NCBI GenBank assembly: GCA_045661345.1
Contig: JAZRFM010000016.1
Coordinates: 3,626-67,625, forward strand
DNA: 64,000 nt
Source: Lachnospiraceae bacterium
GTDB taxonomy: Bacteria > Bacillota > Clostridia > Lachnospirales > Lachnospiraceae
Direction of reading: 5' to 3'
Both the position numbers and the translations under genes were made by a program. Shown piece after piece: positions 44,528 through 52,001 of the stretch; the stretch's first letter is position 1, and every line of letters starts with the position of its first letter. The notes below the pieces were generated by a model, which had not been told where the DNA came from, made no database searches, and worked only from the letters and a program-made list of their open reading frames with translations.

Positions 44528-44905
44528 ATGAATCAATCAGTACACACCAAAGAGGCACCTGCTGCCATCGGACCGTATTCTCAGGCGGTGAAGGCACAAA
44601 ACACGATTTACGTATCGGGGCAGCTCCCGGTGGATCCTGCCACAGGCGAATTTGCGGGAGATGACATCAAAAGCCAGACCGAACAGAGCCTGAAGAATAT
44701 TCAGAATATCCTGAAGGAGGCCGGTGCGGACATGGGAAATGTGGTGAAGACAACGGTACTTCTTGCGGATATCGCTGACTTTGCGGCGATGAATGAGGTA
44801 TATGCCACATTCTTCAAGGAGCCTTTCCCGGCAAGGGCGGCTTTTCAGGTTGCAGCGATTCCGAAGGGAGCAAAGGTAGAGATCGAGGCGGTGGCGGTAC
44901 TATAG
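44528..44905 (+). CDS. ridA: RidA/YjgF-family reactive enamine/imine deaminase
   Basis: 125 aa. [12 protein letters not shown] ... SGQLPVDP ... [23 protein letters not shown]. Confidence 0.9.
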   Translation: MNQSVHTKEAPAAIGPYSQAVKAQNTIYVSGQLPVDPATGEFAGDDIKSQTEQSLKNIQNILKEAGADMGNVVKTTVLLADIADFAAMNEVYATFFKEPFPARAAFQVAAIPKGAKVEIEAVAVL

Positions 44906-44935
44906 AAAACGCCGGCTTTTAAACGGGTTTTTGCG

Positions 44936-46342
44936 ATGAAGACTGTAATCAAAAACGGGATCGTGGTAAACGACACCGGGTATGCAGAGCAGGATGTGCT
45001 GATAGACGGCGAGACGATCAGGACAGTCTCACCCGGGCTAGATACCGGCGGCGCTGAGGTAATGGATGCCGCCGGGTGCCTGGTTCTGCCCGGCGCAGTG
45101 GACGCCCATACCCACATGGATCTGGATGTGGGCTTCACACGCGCCTGCGATGATTTCTACAGCGGCACTGTGGCTGCTGCCTGTGGAGGAACCACCACCA
45201 TCATAGACCATATGGCTTTCGGACCGCAGGGTTCCTATCCCTGGCATCAGGTGCATGCCTATCACAAACTGGCAGACGGTAATGCGGTGATCGATTACGG
45301 CTTTCACGGGGTGCTTCAGGAGAAGGCGGACGAACGCACATTATCGGAAATGAGGGAGATCGCTGCAAAAGAGGGCATCACAAGCTTCAAACTCTACCTC
45401 ACCTACGACCAGATGCTGCACGACAGGGATGTGTTTGCGGTTCTGCGGGAAGCAAGGCAGAGCGGGCTGCTGATCGCGGTTCATTGTGAAAATGACGGGA
45501 TGATCGCCTATCTCAGAGATTTCTATGGGAAGACCGGGCAGCTTTCCGCAAAATATCACCCCAAGAGCCGCCCGCCGGAAGCGGAGGCCGAGGCCGTAAA
45601 CAGGATGCTTTATCTTGCATACCGCGCAGGGGAAGCACCTCTTTACATCGTCCATCTTTCCAGCAAAGCAGGACTGGAGGAAGTAAAAGCTGCTATCGGA
45701 AGAGGGCAGAAACATTTCGGTGTGGAGACCTGTCCCCAGTACCTCCTGCTGGATCAGTCACTTTATGAGGACCCTTCGGAAGGCCTGAAAGCCATCATGT
45801 CTCCGCCCCTGAGAACCGAGGCAGACCGGGAGGCTCTTTGGGAAGCCCTTTCGAACAATGTGCTGGATACGGTCGCTACGGATCACTGCCCTTTCACATT
45901 TGCGGAACAGAAAACACGGGGAAGAGAGGATTTCAGGCTTTGCCCGAATGGGGCCCCCGGGGTGGAGGAGAGGCTTCTCCTCCTGTACAGCGAAGGTGTG
46001 AGGAAGGAGCGTATCACCCTCCCCCAGCTGGTCAAATACACAGCTGCGAATCCCGCAAGAATCTTCGGCCTCTTTCCGAAAAAGGGTGTCATCGCCCCGG
46101 ATGCCGATGCGGACATCGTGATCCTGGATCCTGCCAAGGAAACCCTTCTCACAAAAAAGAATCTCCACGGCAAAGGGGATTATACCTGCTACGAGAACAG
46201 GAACCTCTCAGGGCGAATCAAACTGGTCATGCAGCGCGGCCGGATCATCGTCCGGGGCAACGTATTCACAGGAGCCAGAGGAGACGGCAGATACCTGCAA
46301 CGAGGGACATCCTCCCTCGTCCAGGATCCTTCCAACCGGTAG
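44936..46342 (+). CDS. hyuA: D-hydantoinase/dihydropyrimidinase-family cyclic amidohydrolase (YgeZ/HyuA-like)
   Basis: LPGAVDAHTHMDL, the carbamylated-lysine context TSFKLYLTY, VHCEN and TDHCPF. Confidence 0.88.
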   Translation: MKTVIKNGIVVNDTGYAEQDVLIDGETIRTVSPGLDTGGAEVMDAAGCLVLPGAVDAHTHMDLDVGFTRACDDFYSGTVAAACGGTTTIIDHMAFGPQGSYPWHQVHAYHKLADGNAVIDYGFHGVLQEKADERTLSEMREIAAKEGITSFKLYLTYDQMLHDRDVFAVLREARQSGLLIAVHCENDGMIAYLRDFYGKTGQLSAKYHPKSRPPEAEAEAVNRMLYLAYRAGEAPLYIVHLSSKAGLEEVKAAIGRGQKHFGVETCPQYLLLDQSLYEDPSEGLKAIMSPPLRTEADREALWEALSNNVLDTVATDHCPFTFAEQKTRGREDFRLCPNGAPGVEERLLLLYSEGVRKERITLPQLVKYTAANPARIFGLFPKKGVIAPDADADIVILDPAKETLLTKKNLHGKGDYTCYENRNLSGRIKLVMQRGRIIVRGNVFTGARGDGRYLQRGTSSLVQDPSNR

Positions 46343-46628
46343 TCTACTCCCCTCCCTGAACGATTGCCCGCCACGTGTCGCCAGCCCAACGGTCTGCAAT
46401 GCTCGCTCGATGTGCTTCTAATCAGATTTGCCAAGGCATCGATCGTTCCCGCAACCGCTCGCAACCTGCCATCCATGGCAGATGCTCGCTCTCGCACACG
46501 TCCTGTGTGCTCGTTGCGAGGCATTGAGAAATCTGATAAGAATCACATTCTCGCTCACAAAGCAGACGCTTATGTGCTTGCGACATGCGGCGGGCAATCG
46601 TTCGAGGGGGCAGGAGAATAAACTACCG
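46337..46628. repeat. ~290-bp long imperfect palindrome, either MITE-like or a large structured RNA. It begins inside the hyuA stop codon and ends 25 nt before the next start.
   Basis: Left arm CGGTAGTCTACTCCCCTCCCTGAACGATTGCCCGCC... versus the reverse complement of the right arm CGGTAGTTTATTCTCCTGCCCCCTCGAACGATTGCCCGCC... Pairing continues for ~100 nt per arm at roughly 75-80% match by eye. Apical palindrome CTGCCAT-CC-ATGGCAG at 46466-46481. Local hairpin GCACAC-GTCCT-GTGTGC at 46494-46510. Confidence 0.7.
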
Positions 46629-46653
46629 TTTACAACAGCAGAAAGTTCAGTAT

Positions 46654-46890
46654 ATGATAGAAAAGAAGAAAAGGCTCGTTGTCACTTTTCATACGACGGC
46701 AGAGGCAATGGCCGTGGAGAAGGCCTGCGCCGGTGAGAAGATAGAGGGAAGACTTTTTCCGACGCCAAGGGCGCTTTCCGCGGATTGCGGTATTGCATGG
46801 TGTGGTTCTCCGGAGACACGAAGTGCGTTGGAAACGCTGCTTTCCAATAAGGGCATTGCGTTTGAGGGAATGTATGAGCTGGAGGTCTGA
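46654..46890 (+). CDS. DUF3343-family small protein (putative Se/S carrier-like)
   Basis: 78 aa, MIEKKKRLVVTFHTTAEAMAVEKAC ... SADCGIAW. Start chosen at 46654, because the listed 46585 start lies inside the palindrome. Confidence 0.7.
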   Translation: MIEKKKRLVVTFHTTAEAMAVEKACAGEKIEGRLFPTPRALSADCGIAWCGSPETRSALETLLSNKGIAFEGMYELEV

Positions 46891-46918
46891 CCAGGGCGCC
46901 GGAGAATAGGAAAAGGGA

Positions 46919-47617
46919 ATGGAGATACTGCCGTTTTTGGCTGTTCCAAAGGGCATCACTGCCATCATCGGGGGTGGCGGAAAGACCACACTGATGACCA
47001 CACTGGCAGAAGAGCTGAAGGAGAAGGGCACAGTTGTCTTCTGCACTTCGACACACATCCGGATACCAGAGGACTATCCTCTCATTACCGGAGAGGCGGA
47101 TGCGATCCGCGAGGGGATATCCCGTGGAGGAGTGGTCTGTGCGGGGAGGATTGACAAAGATCATAAGGTCACTGCGCCGGGGCTGTCCTTCCGGGAACTG
47201 GAGGGGCTTGCTGATTATATTCTGGTGGAGGCGGATGGGTCAAAAGGGCTGCCTCTCAAGGCTCATGCATCTCATGAGCCTGTGATACCGGAGGAAGCAA
47301 AGCTTACCATTCTTGTCGTGGGGGCGGATGGCTTTGATAAGCCCGTGAAGGAGGTCTGCCATCGTCCCGAACTGTGGGCCGGCATCGCCGGTGTGTCCGT
47401 GGACGATATGGTCACACCCGCATCCTGTGCAAAGGTTGTCAGGAAAGAGGGCTTTGGAGATATTCTGTTTGTGAATAAGGCTGAATCGGAAAGAGAAACG
47501 GCTGATGCCGCAGAACTGGCGGGATATCTGGAGATGCCTGTGGTAATGGGAAGCCTGAGAAACAGAAACTATCGCAGATTGAGCTATAGAAGGGAGGAGA
47601 AGGGGCTATGTCTGTAA
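46919..47617 (+). CDS. yqeC: Selenium cofactor biosynthesis protein YqeC
   Basis: P-loop-like IIGGGGKTTLM, VEADGSKGLPLKAHASHEP. 232 aa. Precedes yqeB as in E. coli. Confidence 0.85.
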   Translation: MEILPFLAVPKGITAIIGGGGKTTLMTTLAEELKEKGTVVFCTSTHIRIPEDYPLITGEADAIREGISRGGVVCAGRIDKDHKVTAPGLSFRELEGLADYILVEADGSKGLPLKAHASHEPVIPEEAKLTILVVGADGFDKPVKEVCHRPELWAGIAGVSVDDMVTPASCAKVVRKEGFGDILFVNKAESERETADAAELAGYLEMPVVMGSLRNRNYRRLSYRREEKGLCL

Positions 47618-48393
47618 GAGTCCTGATCAGAGGAGCCGGGGATATTGCAAGCGGGATCGCTCTGCGGCTTTATCGTGCGGGGATGAAGGTGATCATGACG
47701 GAGACAGCCGATCCCACCACCATCAGGCGTACGGTGGCGTTCTCTGATGCTGTCAGGAATGGGAAGCAGCAGGTGGAGGACATCACGGCGATTCTCTGCG
47801 GGGATGCAAAAGAGGCGGAGGATGTCCTTGCGAAAGGGATGATCCCGGTGCTGATCGATCCGGAGTGTGAGATGAGAATAGCGCTTTCTCCCGATGTTCT
47901 TGTGGATGCCATTCTGGCGAAGAAAAATCTCGGAACAGAAATGAGCTATGCGCCGGTGGTGATCGGCGTGGGACCGGGTTTTACGGCAGGGAAGGACTGC
48001 CATGCCGTGGTGGAGACCATGCGGGGGCATACACTGGGCCGCGTGTACTATGAAGGGAGCGCGCTTCCCAATACCAATATACCGGGGCTGATCGGAGGAT
48101 TCGCCGGAGAGAGGGTCATCCGTGCTCCGGAAGACGGTGTCTTCTCCGGCGTAAAAAAAATCGGGGAATCGGTGGAAGCGGGAGAAACCGTGGGAACAGT
48201 GGAGGGCATCCCTGTCAAAGCCACGATCTCCGGCGTGTTGAGAGGATTGCTGGCGGATGGAGTGAAAGTGACGAAGGGGATGAAATCCGGAGACGTGGAT
48301 CCCCGGGGTGAAAAGGAGTATTGCAATCTGGTTTCCGATAAGGCTTTATCCGTGGCCGGCGGGGTGCTGGAGGCAATTCTTCACGTCAGATAA
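47608..48393 (+). CDS. yqeB: Selenium-dependent molybdenum hydroxylase system protein, YqeB family
   Basis: VLIRGAGDIASGIALRLYRAGMKVIMTE Rossmann-like N-terminus. 261 aa. Overlaps yqeC by 10 nt. Confidence 0.82.
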   Translation: MSVRVLIRGAGDIASGIALRLYRAGMKVIMTETADPTTIRRTVAFSDAVRNGKQQVEDITAILCGDAKEAEDVLAKGMIPVLIDPECEMRIALSPDVLVDAILAKKNLGTEMSYAPVVIGVGPGFTAGKDCHAVVETMRGHTLGRVYYEGSALPNTNIPGLIGGFAGERVIRAPEDGVFSGVKKIGESVEAGETVGTVEGIPVKATISGVLRGLLADGVKVTKGMKSGDVDPRGEKEYCNLVSDKALSVAGGVLEAILHVR

Positions 48394-48458
48394 ATGCTGA
48401 CGGGCAGGATTGGAAATGACGACGAGGGAAAGAGGAAAAGGCTTTTTTACATAATAGG

Positions 48459-49496
48459 ATGGAAAATACGGTAAAACTCACAAAACTGGCAAAGTGCGCG
48501 GGCTGCGGCGCAAAGGTGGGGGCAGGTGTTCTGGCACAGCTTCTGGGAGATATGAAGACCCGTCGTGATCCGGCTCTTCTGGTAGGATATGACAAGTCAG
48601 ACGATGCCAGCGTCTACAGGGTCTCTGACGAACTTGCACTGGTGCAGACGGTGGATTTTTTTCCACCCATTCATGATGACCCCTATATCTTCGGGCAGAT
48701 TGCGGCAACCAATGCCCTTTCCGATGTCTATGCCATGGGAGGGGAGCCGAAGACCGCATTGAATATCATGGCCGTACCAAAGGATATGCCGAAGGAGACA
48801 GTGCATGAGATCCTCCGGGGCGGTTATGACAAGGCTTATGAGGCGGGTACCGTCATAGCAGGCGGTCACAGTATTCTGGATGAGGAACCGAAGTACGGGC
48901 TTTCCGTAACAGGCTTTGTACATCCTGACAGGATATGGACAAACAGCGGAGCAAAAGAAGGCGATGTGCTTATTCTGACAAAACCTCTGGGGATCGGCAT
49001 CATCACTACCGCGGCCAAGGTGGATATGGCCGGGGAGAAGGACATGGAGATGGTGGTAGATCTCATGACCACACTCAATAAGGCGGCGAGAAATGTCATG
49101 GTAAAATACCGGGTTCATGCCTGCACGGATGTCACGGGCTTTTCGCTCCTGGGACACGGTCTTGAGATGGCGGAGGGAAGCGATCAAGAGCTTCATATCG
49201 ATACCACCTCGGTGGATCTGATACAAAAGGCCGTGGAACTGGCGACGCTGGGGATTCTGCCGGAGGGGATGTATCGCAACAGGAGCTTTGCGGAGGAAAG
49301 CGTGGATCCGGGAAGCGTCTCTCTGGCGGTGCAGGATGTACTCTACGATCCGCAGACCTCCGGGGGGCTTCTGATGGCGGTGGATGAGCGGGATGCAGCC
49401 GGGCTTTTGGAGGAGCTTGGAGACGTGGTTCCCTCTGCGCAGCTGATCGGTACCGTGGAAGCCTATCGGGGAGGAAAGAGGATTTTTCTGCAATGA
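48459..49496 (+). CDS. selD: Selenide, water dikinase (Cys-type, not a selenoprotein)
   Basis: LTKLAKCAGCGAKVG is the N-terminal Cys/Lys active-site loop, with TGC codons and no in-frame TGA. AIR-synthase-like fold motifs DDASVY and GGHS. Confidence 0.9.
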   Translation: MENTVKLTKLAKCAGCGAKVGAGVLAQLLGDMKTRRDPALLVGYDKSDDASVYRVSDELALVQTVDFFPPIHDDPYIFGQIAATNALSDVYAMGGEPKTALNIMAVPKDMPKETVHEILRGGYDKAYEAGTVIAGGHSILDEEPKYGLSVTGFVHPDRIWTNSGAKEGDVLILTKPLGIGIITTAAKVDMAGEKDMEMVVDLMTTLNKAARNVMVKYRVHACTDVTGFSLLGHGLEMAEGSDQELHIDTTSVDLIQKAVELATLGILPEGMYRNRSFAEESVDPGSVSLAVQDVLYDPQTSGGLLMAVDERDAAGLLEELGDVVPSAQLIGTVEAYRGGKRIFLQ

Positions 49497-50641
49497 TCTA
49501 TCTGGACAATGCCGCCACGACACTCCAAAAACCGCCCTGTGTGTCGGAAGCGGTGGTAAAAGCCCTTGGGACACTTGGCAATGCATCCAGAGGTGCACAT
49601 ACGGGGACCCTGGATGCGGATCGGATGATTTTTGGAACCCGGGAGAAGATCGCGTCTCTGTTTCACGCGGCGTCGCCGGAGAGGGTGGTCTTTACCTCTA
49701 ATGCCACAGAGGCTTTGAATATGGCGATCCTTGGCACCCTCGGGGCAGGAGATCACGTGGTTACCACTGTCCTCGAGCATAATTCCGTGCTCCGTCCTCT
49801 GTACAGGCTGGAAAAAGAGAGAGGGGTGGCACTATCCTTTGTGCAAGCCGACAGGCTGGGAAATGTGGCGCTGGAGGATTTTGAAAGACTGATCCGCCCG
49901 GAAACGAAGGCGATTGTCTGCACCCATGCCTCCAACCTTACGGGGAACGTCCTTGATATCCAAAGGATAGGAGAGATCGCCTCTTCCCATGATCTGCTCC
50001 TGATTGTGGACGCTTCTCAGACAGCCGGTGTTCACGATATTGATTTGAGGGAGTTCAACAGAGCCATCCTTTGCTTTACCGGGCACAAGTCTCTGATGGG
50101 ACCCCAGGGGACAGGAGGGCTCTGTATTCAGGGTGAGGTGGACATCGCGCCCCTCAAGACAGGAGGCACCGGCGTCCAGTCACACCTGAGGGAGCAGCCA
50201 AAGGAATACCCGACACGGCTGGAAGCAGGCACCTTAAACGGGCACGGCATCGCAGGTCTCTCAGCGGCGCTGGATTTTATTCTGGAAAACGGTACGGAGA
50301 CGATCCGTAAAAAGGAGATGTCCCTGTCTGACCTTTTTTATCAGGAGATTTGCGCTATTCCGGGGGTACAGATTCTGGGGGATCAGGAAAGCACGTGTCG
50401 CTGTCCCATCGTCACGCTGAATCTGGGGGACATGGATTCCGGAAAGGTGGCAGACATCCTTATGCAGGACTTTGGAATCGCCGTGAGAGCGGGGGCGCAT
50501 TGTGCACCCCTGATGCATGAGGCGCTGGGCACCCGCCGACAGGGCGCCGTGAGGTTCAGCTTCGGCTATTACAATACCGTGGAGGAGGTCAGGTCAGCAG
50601 TAGGGGCCTTGACATATATGATTACACGAGGAGGAGTGTGA
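49493..50641 (+). CDS. Class-V aminotransferase (cysteine desulfurase/selenocysteine lyase-like)
   Basis: MIYLDNAATT, FTGHKSLMGPQGTGGL (PLP lysine), AGAHCAP. ATGA overlap with the selD stop. Confidence 0.85.
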   Translation: MIYLDNAATTLQKPPCVSEAVVKALGTLGNASRGAHTGTLDADRMIFGTREKIASLFHAASPERVVFTSNATEALNMAILGTLGAGDHVVTTVLEHNSVLRPLYRLEKERGVALSFVQADRLGNVALEDFERLIRPETKAIVCTHASNLTGNVLDIQRIGEIASSHDLLLIVDASQTAGVHDIDLREFNRAILCFTGHKSLMGPQGTGGLCIQGEVDIAPLKTGGTGVQSHLREQPKEYPTRLEAGTLNGHGIAGLSAALDFILENGTETIRKKEMSLSDLFYQEICAIPGVQILGDQESTCRCPIVTLNLGDMDSGKVADILMQDFGIAVRAGAHCAPLMHEALGTRRQGAVRFSFGYYNTVEEVRSAVGALTYMITRGGV

Positions 50642-50643
50642 AA

Positions 50644-51753
50644 ATGACAAAAAAAATCAACATCTTTGTGATCCTGACAGGGGTTATCGTGGGGGCCGGG
50701 GCCTGCGTACTGATGGCTCTCGGGAATCCGCCCAATATGGGCATTTGCATTGCCTGCTTTTTGCGGGACATTGCGGGGGCATTGAAGCTGCATCAGGCCG
50801 CGCCCGTACAGTATTTCAGACCGGAGATCGTGGGACTGGTTGCCGGGTCTCTCATCATGTCGCTCTGCACAAGGGAGTTCAAGGCGAAGGCCGGATCTTC
50901 TCCCGCGATCCGCTTTTGCATCGGTGCTTTTGTGATGATCGGTGCGCTGGTATTCTTAGGCTGCCCCTTACGGATGGTTATCCGCATGGGAGCCGGAGAT
51001 CTGAATGCTTTTGTAGGACTGCTGGGCTTCTTTATCGGGATTCTGATCGGTATCTTTTTCCTGAAAAAAGGCTTCACCTTAAAACGCTCCTACGTGGTAA
51101 CCAGGACAGACGGCTTTGCTTTGCCGGGGGCGCTGGTTCTGTTTTTTATTCTGTTCCTTTTGGTACCGACACTGTTTGCATTCTCTGAGGAGGGGCCCGG
51201 CTCAAAAGCCGCACCGGTTCTGGCTTCCCTGTTGATTTCCCTGATCATCGGCGCTGTTGCCCAGAAGTCCAGACTGTGTATGGTGGGTGGCATGAGAGAC
51301 ATGGTGATGTTTCGTGACTTCAGCCTGCTGTCAGGGTTTGCCGCAATCTTTGTCACTGTGCTGATTGGCAATGTGATCATGGGAAAATTCACCGGTTTTT
51401 CCACACTCTCACAGCCTATCTCACATTCTTCAGAGCTCTGGAACCTGCTTGGCATGGTTCTGGTGGGCTGGGGAAGCGTGCTCGTGGGTGGCTGTCCCCT
51501 TCGCCAGCTCATTCTGGCAGGAGAGGGAAATGGAGACAGTGCCGTGACGGTCTTCGGAATGCTGGTGGGTGCAGCCATTGCACACAACTTTAAGCTGGCC
51601 GGAAGCTCTGATGCTGTCAATGACGGGGTTTATACCGTAGGCGGCATTGCCACTCCCGGAAAGGTCGCATTGTTCATCGGGTTTGGTGTGTTTCTGCTGA
51701 TCTCGTTGATGAACAGTACACTGTTAAGAAAAGAAAGGAGTCAGGAGAGATGA
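50644..51753 (+). CDS. yedE: YedE-family putative selenium/sulfur-compound transporter
   Basis: Polytopic membrane protein. Conserved Cys-containing loops MGICIACFLRD and SRLCMVGG. GAGGAGG RBS 8 nt before the ATG at 50644. Confidence 0.82.
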   Translation: MTKKINIFVILTGVIVGAGACVLMALGNPPNMGICIACFLRDIAGALKLHQAAPVQYFRPEIVGLVAGSLIMSLCTREFKAKAGSSPAIRFCIGAFVMIGALVFLGCPLRMVIRMGAGDLNAFVGLLGFFIGILIGIFFLKKGFTLKRSYVVTRTDGFALPGALVLFFILFLLVPTLFAFSEEGPGSKAAPVLASLLISLIIGAVAQKSRLCMVGGMRDMVMFRDFSLLSGFAAIFVTVLIGNVIMGKFTGFSTLSQPISHSSELWNLLGMVLVGWGSVLVGGCPLRQLILAGEGNGDSAVTVFGMLVGAAIAHNFKLAGSSDAVNDGVYTVGGIATPGKVALFIGFGVFLLISLMNSTLLRKERSQER

Positions 51754-51956
51754 TAGATGCCAGAGGACAAAGCTGTCCCATACCCGTGGTAATGGTGCAG
51801 GAGGCAGTGAAAAAAGAAAACTTTCCGCCGGAGATCAAGGTAAAGGTGGATGCAAGGGTGTGTGTGGAAAACATTACAAGATACGCTTCGTCTCAGGGAT
51901 ACCGGGTTGAAACCGAGGAAGAGGACGGAGAATTCCTGATGACCCTTCAGAAGTGA
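51750..51956 (+). CDS. TusA/SirA-like small sulfur/selenium carrier, equivalent to the YedF N-terminal domain
   Basis: 68 aa. DARGQSCPIPVV is the CPxP persulfide-carrier motif. ATGA overlap with yedE. Confidence 0.8.
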   Translation: MIDARGQSCPIPVVMVQEAVKKENFPPEIKVKVDARVCVENITRYASSQGYRVETEEEDGEFLMTLQK

Positions 51957-52001
51957 GTGAGAAGTGAGTGTGCTGTAGCGTTCCCTTAGAAAGGAGCAGC
52001 C

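Noticed and set aside
48459-49496. Possibility that SelD or its neighbours (the short YedF-like gene, the xdh genes) are selenoproteins with an in-frame TGA.
   Set aside because: The SelD active-site loop is encoded with Cys codons. The TGA of the short YedF-like gene is followed by a stop only 10 codons later. No split ORF pairs joined by a TGA were seen in the module.
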